This document shows, piece by piece, positions 12,485 to 25,311 of a DNA stretch of 64,000 bases. Each line of letters starts with the position of its first letter. The stretch's first letter is position 1. The notes beneath the pieces were generated by a model, which searched no databases, was not told the DNA's origin, and saw nothing but the letters and a program-made list of their open reading frames with translations. The position numbers were made by a program, and so were the translations under genes. Source of the DNA: Podarcis tiliguerta (Eukaryota); assembly GCA_965153285.1 (NCBI GenBank), contig OZ229110.1; one strand, given 5' to 3'.

Positions 12485-13335
12485 CTGTAAAAGAAGAGTT
12501 TAAACAAATCTCGCTATAACTTTATAATTTTATTAGGCATTTATTTTGGCATCATTTCCACATAAAATTCAAAGCAGGGAATTCTTAGATGGGGTATTGT
12601 GCTCCCAAAGGAACAATGAATCTATCTGGAAATATAAGACGTTCAAATTACAAAAGCTGTGGATGATGAAAATAAGATGACATTGAAGAAAAGTTCTTCA
12701 GAGGTACAAAGTACAGGCCAAAAGCTATCCATTCATTCAAGTTCCCTTATTGTCCCCAGCAACTTAAGCTGCATTTCTTTGGAATTTTAAGCAATTCTAT
12801 CCCTGAAGGCCCAGTGCACAAAACAGAACATGTAATCAAAACAGATTTCTTACTCTGGGGCCAGGATTAAAGAACCATCCCTATTCATACCCAGCATCAA
12901 CTAGTTGCCCAAATATGAAGATTTTATCTCAGTTCCTGAAAAGATATGAACTCCAAAGAAAATGTGCAAACCTGGCGAGCAGTCTTCAAGAAACTTCTGA
13001 TTTAGACCTTTGATGTATATGCAACATAACAGAAGGCACACGGAAGTTCTTGGCATACCCTTTAAGACAGTGGTCACAGCTTATGCTGCTCTGCCATCTC
13101 TGTCCACTAACCCTTCCCTCTACCTTCTACATTGCTATAGCAAACATAACTTTTACCCAATCAGGAAGAGGTACAGGAAGGAGCTATACACAACCAGGAT
13201 AGGATGCACAGCAGCAGCATAATTTCTCACACCTTCAGAGCTTTTAAAGGGATAAAAACGATCTCTGGAAACCCTAACCACACACTCATTCTGCATTTTA
13301 ACATACTTTTGAAACACAGTATTTTAATCAGTTAC

Positions 13336-13397
13336 CTTTTTTATCACCGGTACCTTTAGCAGCTTCCACAGAATCTGAGGCAGCATCTTCTGTTTTA
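13336..13397 (-). CDS. NAP1L4: NAP1L4 exon 3
   Basis: KTEDAASDSVEAAKGTGDKK; 62 nt; phases match both neighbours. Confidence 0.9.
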
Positions 13398-15043
13398 CTG
13401 CAAAAACATATTTGAGAGATATTTGCATAATATAATATAACTTAATTCAAGTAAGCTTTGGTAAATGGGACAGATCCAGGGTAATGCTCAGTGGAATGCC
13501 ACTCACACTGAGTGGTTGGGAGAAGGACTAAAAAGCAGAACTTTGAATGATTCCTCCTTTCTTCTATAGTCCATTGTTCCAAAGGGCTGCCCTTCTATTC
13601 ATGACAGGACAAGTTCCGGATCCAACCCAATGTAAACTGGTATTTTAAAAATTAGTAAAGATATCAATTTCTTGTTGGCAGTTTTGACACCCAAATGAAC
13701 TTGTACAATAGGCACTTAAAAATAAATCAGATTTTCAATTTTCCATTACTTTTGCCAAGATTGTACACAGGATAAAGGCTAAAGATGCTGTTAGGTGAAT
13801 TATAGTGCATTCTAGGTGTGTGTGGAAAGATTCTTATGACACATATTTCCAAACAGCTTGCCAGGAGAATTTCACTGGTTAGGAATCACTATTTCTAAAT
13901 TTCCAACTTGAAAAGGCAATTGGAGAAAATTAAACTGTAACCCTGGTTTAAGGAGCTATTTGACACCTAGCTTATATATCAAAGTTTCTAAAACTGGATG
14001 TGGCTCACATACATCATTTGAACAGCAATGCCCCTCCACTGGGGGCGGGGATGGCCCCCTCAAATATTTTACTGAGGGGGCTGAAGGGATCTTGGTCCTT
14101 AGGAGTTGGCCCCTATGGCACACAGTATGGATGCCACAAGAGACAGACAAATCAGGAGTTTGTGGTATGCCAGGGCAGGAGCAACAAAACCTAGTGTGCC
14201 TACCTAAGACAGAATGAGCTCCGCCTGCCACTCCAGTGCAGGACTGCATTCCATTCCATAGCTCAAAGCCACACCCCTTCCCACCGGCCTTCACATTTCT
14301 AATTAAGACCAGAAGGAAACACATCATAAAACATGAGGAACTGGAGTTGCACTCTTATATTTTCAGTTGGATTTTTATACACCTGCCAAGAAGTTGGACC
14401 ACTACTGTTTCAGGACTTATTCTTCCTCTCTTGCTTTGTGAATAGTAGTTTGGCTATAACGCTAGTACACAATTTGAAGCACAGGTTCTAAAAATTCTCA
14501 GTAAGCTTCTCATGGGTAACTAAGAACAAAAAAAAAACTTAGGAACGATCCACAAGTTCTATGTTTTAAGGGTCTCAAGAATGTACAATGCACCATAAAC
14601 TGACCATCACTCCTTGACACAACATCACCCAGTAATGGGGCTAAACAGACCTACCAATTTCACACAGATTGGAAGAAAAAAAAGCACAAACATTTTCCAT
14701 TATATATTTTCAGAAATGTTTAATGCTTTTCAATTGTGTTGTTTTCCTGTTTTGTCGTTTGCAGTGCTCCTTTGGAAAGAAAGGCAGGATATAAACTTAA
14801 TAAATGGTCATCATCTCCTGACTCATTAGAGGGACTACGTCTTAAACAAAGAAAATCTGTGTAGAAAATATGTTTTATTAAGTCCAGTGAAAGATTTTCT
14901 AAAGTACAGGCAACTCCCCATTTGCATGGTGGTTGTGCCAAGAACATTGCATGTGTCAGTGATCACACATCAATCAGACAAGTGCAAAATGTTCACCAAT
15001 AATTCTTAAAGACCCATAATTTTCAGGACTTTTCAGAACCTAC

Positions 15044-15057
15044 CTGTTATCTGCCAT
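15044..15057 (-). CDS. NAP1L4: NAP1L4 exon 2, coding part with the start codon (whole exon 15044-15077)
   Basis: ttacag|GTGGATAAAAGATCTCGCAG ATG GCA GAT AAC AG|gtagg; encodes MADN(S). Confidence 0.9.
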
Positions 15058-15984
15058 CTGCGAGATCTTTTATCCACCTGTAAGACAATACAAACAAAGA
15101 ATTTAAAAGTATGCTGATATGTTTCCAAAGCAACTTTCATGGAATAGTATTATTTTTGCATATTATTTTTACTAATAGCCACTTACAGCATAAACCACTT
15201 CTGAATCACATTTACAAATTGTTTCAGCCATCTTGTATTATGGAATGGACTTGCTTTTAGAAGTTGAAATACATTTCTCTCTGTTATTTTCCACTGAAAG
15301 CCTATTGAATTGGGCTTAGCAGACTAAAAGTCAATCCTAGAATGTGTAAGATATATGGTTTTTTCCCTTCATTAACAAACATCCAAACAACACCAGCATA
15401 AACTAAAATCCCTACATTATAGTTCATATATTTCATTTTTGCAATACGAGAGGTAGAACTTATTTAGCCAATCACAACTTTTGAAAAAAGTTTAAATGAA
15501 CTGAGAGCTTGAATAAACACATTGTACATAGTAGAGCTGCCCTCTATTCTCTATTACTTTTGTAATGTATATAGATCAAAGATCTCTATACTGACATCTG
15601 CAAGGAGTTGCTGCTCTTAACTGCATTCTAAGAAATGTAACTTTAAGAACTTGCGCTTAAGCATGCTTTTCATTCCTCCCTCCGATTTTTTTCCTTGTAA
15701 ATAAATAAATAAATATGAATCATTTGCAAGTGTTGAAGAGAGAAACTCAAGAAATTACTCCTGTGGGCAGGATCAGAAGCAAAAGTGAGTGAAATAATGG
15801 GTGCAACTCTTGCTTTATATGATAGGGATACATTCCAACTACACAGAAGTTGGGGGCTTCTATACAAATACATGCCTCCATCCAGGCAAGGAAGCAGTAT
15901 CGTCATTGTTTTGCATTTGAGGGTCATGGCCTAGGCCACGGGCTGAGAGGTTATCTCCCCAAAACCACACCCATCTGTCAATCT

Positions 15985-16207
15985 ACTGGCATCACCCTAT
16001 TGCAGAGTTTTTCAAACTTTTCATGTTGGTGACACACTTTTCAGACACACATCATTTCATGACACAGTAATTCGGTTTTATTAGCAAACCAGAGGTTAAA
16101 CTAACCCCTTATAAGAGTGTTTGCATGACACACCTATACACTGCAGCCAACACACTAATGTGTGATAACACACAGTTTGGAAAACTCTGCAATAGGGTGA
16201 TGCCAGT
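15985..16207. mobile_element. MITE-like element with 34-bp inverted repeats
   Basis: ACTGGCATCACCCTATTGCAGAGTTTTTCAAACT at 15985-16018 and its reverse complement (1 mismatch) at 16174-16207. Confidence 0.7.
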
Positions 16208-17079
16208 TCATTGACCCATGGGTCGGTGATGGCAGCTGACAGGTAGGGATTCTATTATGCATTGGCAGAATTCCATGTAGACAGAATTGAACTGTTCATC
16301 AGCTGAAGATGTCATGACATCAGAACTGACAAGTGGGTGGTCAATTCATATATACCCAGAAAGTATACTCATATATACTCTGATGTGTGGTTTTAGAAAA
16401 TTGTCCATATGACTACAGTTAAGTGACTTGGATGTCATATTGTAGCAGGTCAGCATCAAACCATATTTTGGCATTACAAGCATGAGTATCAGACTTATGC
16501 TCTTCCCTTTGCTCCACTATGAATTTAAGACAAACCAGTGTGCAATTTCATCCAAATTTTGTGTTTCCTGAAAAAGGGGGGGGGACCACTAAGGATCAGA
16601 ACTTATGGCAAGTATCTTTGCAGTAGCCACAATATATGGCTCTGGCAAAGGATGCATGTAGGCCAGAGCAAGGAGGAAAGGGTTGGAAAGCACATACAGT
16701 GCAACTGTCACCTTGCTGGGGGAGGGAGTTACCCCAGAGGAAAAATACTCGGAATCATGACAAGTGAAGTAGAAGTAAAGGAACTAAAAGCCCACATGGA
16801 GCTGCAGTGGTCTTGCTCAGAGAAAGAAGGCAGGCTGGCATGATGCTGGTCAAATAAGAGAGGGGGAGCCAAAAAGGCCTCACAGAGCTGTTGCCAGCTT
16901 GTTCAAGACAAGTGTAGGAAGACAGTCTGCAGGAGAGAGGTCCACTGCTCTGTTGAGCTATGGTGAGGAGTCTACAGGGAAGGAGGGAGGCTTCCTCTTC
17001 TCACAGCTGAATTTTCTACAGCAGAAATTGAAAACTATTGTCTCTTGCTTGTTCATTGTCAGGCAATAATATTATCTTT

Positions 17080-17083
<4 letters not shown>

Positions 17084-17112
<29 letters not shown>
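17084..17112. repeat. (AG)n microsatellite
   Basis: Direct observation. Confidence 0.95.
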
Positions 17113-17116
<4 letters not shown>

Positions 17117-18381
17117 CAAAACAGCCCTTCCCAAGTTAAAGCCTTGCAAGGAAAGCAACTGGTTGGGTGCTGCTGCTGGACAGTGGCATAACAGCCCCCC
17201 ACCCCTTTTAAGAGAGTTCATGTGCACAGTGTGTACTGGCTAAGAAGTGATTCTGCTGAAGCCTTGGTGGTGCTGCAGGGGAAGGGAGCCTGGAGGGAGG
17301 AGACACCCTGGACTCTGGCTCTTTTTTTGTTTCTTTCCTGTGAATCAATGCCCCTGAGAAAAGTGTTTCTCCACCTCTGCTACACAATATCAAAACTCTC
17401 CAAAATATATTTCGGTTACATTTTAGCAAAGTTTTACAACGATAGATATGGTGCAGATTTAAGTTGTTGCTATTGTTTACAAAGAAACCCTTAAAAATCT
17501 ACTGCAAATCACCCAGATTACTACTTGTAGATTCTTACCTACTTTTGTAGATTCTTACCTACTTCTGCCCACAAGATCACATGACAAACTTAAAAGCAGG
17601 TAAGAGCAAAAATCTGAAAGAACCATTCATTTGGGAAAAGGCTATTCATCGCAAATCTGGGCCAGCTCACTGTTTCATAAATTTAAGATGAAGTATTTCT
17701 GACTTATGGTCAGAAAGATTAAGAAAACAGCTAAACATGCAGGAGTGATCGGAGCAACAGTTACTGCAACAATACTAAAACTATACTTTACACCCAATAT
17801 GAGGCTGCTGAAAGAGTCATCTTTCTCAAGTTCTCCCTTTCTTCCCATTTAGGATAATTTATTCCATGTTGTGACAATATAATACTCTGAGTTTCTGCCT
17901 TGCATGTTATTGGCATTAGCTGGGAGGGTGGGGAGGAGACACAGACAATGTATTGACTGCATTAAATGGGATATGGATGAAGCGTGGCGGGGAGAGAACT
18001 TGATATGGGGCTGCAATTTTTGGCAGCAGTCCTGCGTCATGTGCAACACGTAGTTATGACCTCTGTAACAGAGCAAAATACCTACTTCAAAGATATAAAA
18101 TATTAGAAGTACCACTTTGAAGCCCAGAAGACAAACATCAGAATATTTAACCATAATCACAACTTATAAGCAACTTCTAAAGATATGTCGCCTGCAAAGG
18201 TAGTTGAATTAAAGTTTACTGAATGGTCAATATATGGGACATAATTAAAAAGAAAGGCACCTTCCGTGAAGTTGCTATCAAGTAATAAGACAAAGTTTGA
18301 CCAATTCAGTCAGCAATAGATTGTTTCATGGATGGAATGCTAAATTCTACTTTGACTTTCCCCTATCATTATCCACACTGA

Positions 18382-18620
18382 CAGCCAGTGTGTTATAGTG
18401 ATTATAGAGTGTTAGACTAGGACCCATGAGACTAGGGTTCAAATCCTCACTACGTCATGAAGCTCACTGGGTGACTGTGGGCTAGTCACTGCCGCTCAGT
18501 GGGTTGTTGCGGGAATTATTTGAGGAGCGGGGAGAACCATGTAGGGCCCTTGAGCTCCTTGGGCAAAAAGGAGGGACATAAAATGCAATAAAAAATAAAA
18601 AAGAAATACAATAAATAAAA
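18382..18620 (+). mobile_element. Old tRNA-derived SINE
   Basis: A-box-like start, B box GGTTCAAATCC, CTGGGTGAC core, A-rich tail. Confidence 0.7.
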
Positions 18621-19952
18621 TATCCATGGAATAACATTAAAACTACACAAAGTAGTTTAAAGAAATATGTAAGTGACAATGTGTATTAACACCAAATTCT
18701 CAAAGTCAGTCAAGTATGAAAAGAATTATACCTAAGAAGCAAGAGCATTTTAAGAGACCATCTACACTGTCAGTTGAAAATAATTAAACAAAACTGCTGA
18801 TAAGTATCTATATTTTGGGAGCCTTCCAAAAGTGGATTATTTGTTATAATTAATGCAACCACAATTAAACTACAAGATTTGCAGTTTCATCAAGTCTTGT
18901 AGTCTTGTAGACTGGGCTCCTCTGGGAGGAACGGCAGGATATACACTGAATACATACAGCTACTAATTATTACTATTCATATGAACCAGAGGACTACAGT
19001 TCAGTTGTAGAACATTTGCTTTGCACCCAGAAGGTCCCAAATTCAACTATCAGCATTTCCACGTGGAGCTGGGAATATCCCATCTGAAACCCTGAAGAGC
19101 TACAGCCAATTAGTTAGAAATAAATGTGCAAAACAAACTAAATGGTCTGACTCCATATTTTATTTCATAACATCTGCTTGACTGTACCCCAAAACCCCTC
19201 AAACTGGTTTAAGATCTAAGATAGCTGTTTAAGTTTATTCATATATAAATCCAAAATGTTTAATGGGCCTTGTGCACACTTATTGGAGAGCATCTGTCAT
19301 GAAGTGGCATTTAATTCTTATAATGTATAGGAGCTCATGGCTATCCAGCTGCAGTTGACTTCAACTCCTATCAATCCCCTGAGTATTCAAATGGGAGGAA
19401 TCAAGATGAAGCAATGGTAAATAGGAGCAAACGTTTGCAAACTAACAGGGGAAAGAATCTGTATGCTAAGGAACACAAACAGTAGTTATGCTGAGATTCT
19501 ACTACAGGAAGATTTCAACCCATATGGTGTTATTGTGTACACAATTCATTACTGAACATTATCTGCCACAATGCCACCTATTTTAAGAACTTGACTGAGT
19601 TTCACAGTAGTGCTCAGAAACCACTTCCACTGGTGTGAAATACATCTTGATCAGCTAAGTGTTACATTTAAAAGTTTCTCCGAGCTGACTGACCAGTCCA
19701 GCATGATGAAACTTGCGTTCCCAAGGTCTTGCATTTATCAGACTCTTTCAAAGTGCGAGTCAATTATCTTTCTAAGCCTGGAAGATGGTGCGGCCCCTGC
19801 AATAAGAGCTACAAGTAGCGATGCCAAACCACAAAGGAAAATTATGGCTTCCGTTACAGAACTTGCAGTCAGAAACCCTCGGGCAGGAACAAAACTATGT
19901 GTTCTCTATACAGCGGCGGAGGGGGTGGAGGCTGGGAGGAAGAGAGGAGCAC

Positions 19953-19968
19953 TGACTAGAGGGCGCTG
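19953..19968 (+). promoter_or_regulatory. Candidate CTCF site in NAP1L4 intron 1
   Basis: TGACTAGAGGGCGCTG resembles the CTCF core CCACYAGRGGGCGC; motif match only. Confidence 0.5.
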
Positions 19969-20049
19969 GCAGGAAAAACAAGGGCCTGCCAGGTTACATA
20001 CTGCAGGGCCTACATCGGGAGGAAAAAAAAGGGGGGGGGGCTTTTCACG

Positions 20050-21200
20050 GTGTCTGTATCTATCTATAAGGCGCGCACACACGGCGCCAACTGACTTCCC
20101 CACACCGCAACTCCCGCCCCCGTTTCTCACGGCACACCTTCCTAGATAGCCATTTTTAAAGCGGCGTGGCTTAGACAGCAGGACTGGAAGAGAAATCGCA
20201 GAGCACATGGCCGAGAAGAGGTATGGGAGAGAGAGGAAGCGACACGCGCGCGTATGGATGAGCCCGGGGTCCGCCCTGAGGCGGCGGGAAAAAAGCGCCT
20301 CTCCTCCCATCCGCCTGCGGCAACCCGTGTGAGGAATCGCCGCCACAGAGCGAGGAAGCGCCTCGTCCGCCCCTTCGCTGAAGCGCCGCATCCCGGAGCC
20401 TTAATAGCCGCTCCGCCGCGCCCAGAGCCGAGGCCGCTCCTTAAAATGGTGCCCGTGCTGGGACCGGACTGCCCCACCCGCTCCCCTGCCTGTTTCCCCC
20501 CGTCAGCCGGGCCTCGGCAGCACAACGGGGCCTGCGCGCCTTCCTCTCCGTCCTTCAGCCCGGGTGTGCAGCAGCAGCAGCAGCAGAACAGGCCCGCTCC
20601 GCGCTATCCCCGCCTCGCCCCGGCCCAGCCCCCGCTATCCCCAACTCACCTAGCCCGGCCCTTGCGTCTCCTCACGCCCGCAATAGCAGCGCCCAGGCTG
20701 ATCCTCTCACTCCGACTCACTCGGGGCTGCGCCGCCCTAAAGAAGGCCGCCTCCCATTGGCCGACGCGACAGCGCCGCGCGCAGTAAGAGCCGTTCGTAT
20801 TGGCCCAGGGTTAGCGGCGGCCGCTGCTCCACACGCGGGACATGTTGACTTTCCGGCAGAAAGAGGATGAACCAATCAGAGCGCGGGGAAGGTGGGAGAG
20901 CTCGCGCTCGCCGCGCGTGCGCGGGACCGCTCTAAGCGCGAGAGAGTTCTGCGATGCGGGGAAGGGGGCGAGGCGAGAGGAGTGGGGTGGGCGGGGCTTG
21001 TCCGGTGGAGCGAGGGAGGCGCTGGAACGCGCCGCGGCATTTAAAGGAGCAGGAGCTGTTTAAGGAAACAATGGGTGGGGAGGTGGAAGGGGCGGTCGGC
21101 TCTGCACTAACTTAATGCTTGCGTTTTGCCATGGCAACGTTTGTGATGGACAACATCTGAGCGCCTGGCGCCAAGCTAGAGCTAGTCGACTCTTACCTCG
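20050..21200. promoter_or_regulatory. NAP1L4 CpG-island promoter
   Basis: High GC and CpG density; CCAAT/ATTGG boxes near 20756, 20799 and 20872; GC box GGGCGGGG near 20988; YY1-like GCCATTTT near 20149; X-box-like TTGCCATGGCAAC at 21126-21138. Confidence 0.85.
20650..20740 (-). other. NAP1L4: NAP1L4 non-coding exon 1 (5' boundary approximate)
   Basis: Strong donor CTAG|gtgagt at 20650/20649 inside the CpG island, downstream of CCAAT boxes. Confidence 0.7.
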
Positions 21201-23154
21201 AGGCTGAGGGCGTTTTAAAGTGAAAGAGAGAGTATTGTGCCAGTGCTTCGACGCATAAGTAAATTTACTGGCAGGTAATTTAGTGGGAACCAGTGGCCCT
21301 TCAGCTTGTGCTGGGTTCCGCTCCCATCAGCTCCATATAGTCAGGGATTATGGGATCTGAATATCAGCAACAGTTCCCTACTCCGGTCTGAAAGGGACTG
21401 TGTGCTATGGTGACGGATAATGCAAGAAAGCCTCAAGGAAAGAATAAACGTATTGCACATTTGTGCAGAATCACGTGTTCACATCCTGGCAAGAAATTGC
21501 ATTCGCAACTTCCTACCCTGAAGGAAATCCATCACAGGCGTGTAAGACGGAACACAGTAATCCCCGCTGTGAAGTGTACGGTAATAACTTTGTAAAAAGT
21601 AGTTAATTCACAGATTCAAAGTTGGGCTTCTTTCTATGCGCATGATGGTGAGCATCACGAATGCACATGCAAATAGGCCCAAGGCCAACTTTACCATGAG
21701 TTCCAAAGGGTGCCACTATGTCTAGCAGGCTGGCAAGGAGGAGCTTGCTTGCTTACTCACTTACTTGCTGGGAGCCAGAATGAAAGTATCAAGAAGCAAG
21801 CCGTGGCAGCTGCTGTACCGCCTTGCTCATTCACCAAGATGGGTGAGTGACAGCAGCAAGGAGGAGGAAGAACAGTGTTTGCCACTCACTCCCCTTGTCA
21901 AGGTCTCCCTCCATAACACTCCTGCTGTACCACCTTGTTGCCCTTGACACTGTTCTCTCAGACTTCCTCTCCCACTCTGAGTGAGCAGCAACAGCAAAGA
22001 ATGAACAGCAGCAGGGATTATCCTCTTCCTGGGATGTGGACCTTGGTGGATACCTGCTAGTGCCAATCCCTGCCCTGCTCCCCACCCCTCCAGTGCTGAT
22101 TCCAGGTCCTTGAAAGCAAGAAGCCAAATCCCTAAAATATGCAGAGGAGTGCCCTTGTCAAGTTGTTTTGACCAAGTAACTCAAGTGCTGAAGTGGGGTG
22201 TGGGGTGGGGCTGTATATTTTTTTAGATATTAATCATTGCTGCAAAGACAAAAATCAGAGCATGCCAATCTGCCTACATTTTCAACAGAGTCATTTCTGT
22301 AGAAGCAAGGTTCCAGCACACACACTGACAGCACTCACAGTTAGCCTGTGCACTTTCATTGCTAAACCTGAATAGTCAGATAGTCTTTGACATTTTACAC
22401 AGCACCAATTAGGGGAAAATTTGAGAATACCGCCTCAAGATAGTTCTAAAAATTTTTAAACTTTGAAACAGGAGCCATGTTTGGTGCCAGATACTCTTCA
22501 TTCAGTAAGATTGCTCTTTTCTCCTTCTGTTCAGTCACAAAAAGTTAGAGCCCCTGCAGTATCGGATTAAAGTCCTGTCTGGTCCAGTCAGTGGTATCAA
22601 ACCAGAACTTTCAGGCAGAAGAAGTTCAGGGTCCCACTCGGAATGAATATTAAGGCCCTCAAACACAGCAGGGCTGGCTTATCACATTTTGAAGTAAACG
22701 AAGAAATAAAACATTATCGTCTAAGAGTAACATACACATTAAGACCTTTTGAACTTCCCAATGTTTGGTAGAGCAGTCTGTAGTATATCTGTTGCTATAG
22801 GACAGGTGTAGGGAACCTTTGGCTTTCCATATGTTGCTGAACTACAACTCCCAACAGCCCCAGCAAGCATATGGCCAATAGCCAAGGCTGATGGGGGTTG
22901 TAGTTCAGCAACATCTCAACTGCAAAAGGCTCCCCATACACAGTGCTATTTTTTCTAGAAAAATAGGTGCTGTGCCCACATCTGCTGCAGGATGATTATG
23001 GAAGCAGGATCACACTGCTGTTTTTGAGATTTATGTGGAGGGGGGTACCTGGGAGAGTTTTAATGTATCTGATATTATTTATTATCGATGTGTTTTGTTT
23101 TATGCTCTGAGCCCCTCTTGTGATTTTTAATGGAGGGTAATATTGTTAACAATA

Positions 23155-23380
23155 CAGTGGTACCTCAGGTTACATACGCTTCAAGTTACAGACTCCGCTA
23201 ACCCAGAAATAGTACCTCGGGTTAAGAACTTTGCTTCAGGATGAGAACAGAAATTGTGCACCAGTGGCATGGCAGCAGCAGGAGGCCCCATTAGCTAAAG
23301 TGGTGCTTCAGGTTAAGAACAGTTTCAGGTTAAGAACGGACCTCTGGAACGAATTAAGTACTTAACCCAAGGTACCACTG
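23155..23380 (+). mobile_element. Tc1/mariner MITE, family A copy 2
   Basis: Same TIRs and internal sequence; TA TSD. Confidence 0.9.
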
Positions 23381-25150
23381 TACTAATTTTTAAATGCACA
23401 ATTGCTGATCCTGTTTGGTGTTTTATAGCACTGCCAGAATCATAATTCCCTAATGATATGTGCTACCCCAATACTGTGCATCTTTCCACAGAAGTGCCAC
23501 CCACTGAAATGCACCCTCTTCCAAAATATGCCATTTCCAAGGGTATAAAATTTTAATTGTATTATGTTGCTGAACAGTTTTCTTTTGGGGGCAGCTTCAA
23601 GAGAACAAAGAGCACAGCAAACAAGCAAATGAGACCTATGCCAGGGTAAAGCTTTTCAGTAATTTGTGGTTTGAAGTTTAGTCTCTAAACCTCGGCAGGG
23701 TGTGTACAGACATAACACTTATCTCTCAGCCAAACTTATTTCACCCAACTGTTGTGAAGCTAAATGGCTACTCTGAATTCCTTGAAGAAAGGCTGGGATG
23801 TAACTAATGAGAAACACCCCTGCTTCCAAGGAAGTGAACAAGATGGTGTCATTGGTTGCTGGATTCTAGAAAGTGGGCTATACATCTCCCTCTTCATCCG
23901 TTTGCGGGCCCAGTTGTCCCTTAGGGAGAGCTCTAGCTTCCTTAGGCAGGATGGGAGTAGATATCGGGGTGCTATCTGACTCAGTTGATGAGGCACCTCT
24001 CCTTTGGGTGCCCTGCACAAAAATATTCACATTCCTCAAACATTTCTGTTGCATTCCTTTTTGACAGGAACCCACTTGCCTATGCTATCAAAGCCATTCA
24101 GGAGGAGAAGGCAGACAAAATTCACAGATATGTGGAGCATTGGAATGTAACAGATCCATGGATTTATTTGTAGGTTTTGTCATGCACTTTCCTTCAAAGA
24201 GGTCTCAAGCAGCTGTCATGAGGAGAAACAATATCGCAGAATGGTGTGCTATCAAGTATCTGATAAGCACAAAGAATTCCACTGAAGTATTTAAACAGGA
24301 ATCACACTGTTAGGCAGTACAAATGAAGTCAAAATATGCTTGCCTATGAGGCGGCCCCGTTTCTACACAGATTTTATTTCATGAGCAGATGGTACACAGA
24401 ATGGAGCCTCTCTAGTTGATATCTTAATGGGTGCGTGTATGACAGGATGAGTGGCGGGGTTTTTTACCTTTCTTCCATCAGAAACACTTTCCAGTGTTTT
24501 CTCTTTGGATAATTCAGCATCCCTGCCACAACATCTCTGAGAATTTGTGGGCATGTTCTAGATACTGACATGGGGCACTGACCAAGTTTCAGCATTGCTG
24601 TGTGTGAACTGAGTGTACACCCTACAATACACATCCTGCTGGTTGCACATTGCAGGCCAAGACCAATTGCAGGGAGCAAACTCTCTACATACCATAATGG
24701 ATCTTTCTCATTAAGTAATCCATGAGGTTTCTGAAAGTAGTTTGAAAACCAGTGCCCTGAGATGTGCAGTGTAGGACATTAGGCATTGCAATCCCCAGAG
24801 TGACATTCTGTGCCAGTTGCTATCAAGAGCAGCCACTGTTACAACCAATCTCTTGACGCAACAAGCAATTTATGGTAGCAGTTCCTTATCCAACAAGTGC
24901 CAAGCAAGTTGAAGCCTGCACACCTGCACGTGAACGATGAACTCAGCTTGATGCATATCAGACTATAGAAGCCATTTAGTTGAAGTTGCTTGATGATCTC
25001 ATGCAACCTATATAGCTCCTTGGGTTTCGGCCAATTTAAACAATGGCCAGGATTTAATAGTACAGCACGCGAGAGAGAAAGCTTGTAGAACCTCTCATGA
25101 CATGATCCAGTTTATGCTGGAAGGAGTATTCTAGCATCATACCCTTAAAT

Positions 25151-25311
25151 GAGGCATGTCCAACTCCCAAGAGACTGCAATCTACTCCCACTATATAAAA
25201 TCTGGCAGTGATCTACCCATTGAGTTGACCAAAGTCTTTGGGGGGGGGGCATCGTTCAGGATCATGTGATTGACCAGAGATGCCCCGCGATCAACCGGTT
25301 GAACATGCCTG
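25151..25311. mobile_element. hAT-type MITE
   Basis: 8-bp TSD CCTTAAAT; TIR (G)AGGCATGTCCAAC / GTTGAACATGCCTG. Confidence 0.82.

Larger units (their letters stand above)
617..20740 (-). other. NAP1L4: NAP1L4 gene span (nucleosome assembly protein 1-like 4), exons 1-11; remaining 3' exons lie beyond the left edge of the window
   Basis: Ten coding exons splice in frame with GT-AG boundaries into a NAP1 family protein (MADNSKTEDAASDSVEAAK...PKGIPDFWFTIFRNV...KTIKKKQKHKGRG). Adjacent to CARS1, as in mammals. Confidence 0.96.

Noticed and set aside
19610-21063. Long overlapping ORFs (127-179 aa) on both strands at the NAP1L4 5' end
   Set aside because: They coincide with the CpG island, where stop codons are rare, and show no recognisable domain
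24067-24173. Plus-strand acceptor followed by NPLAYAIKAIQEEKADKIHRYVEHW
   Set aside because: No partner exons, promoter or recognisable homology
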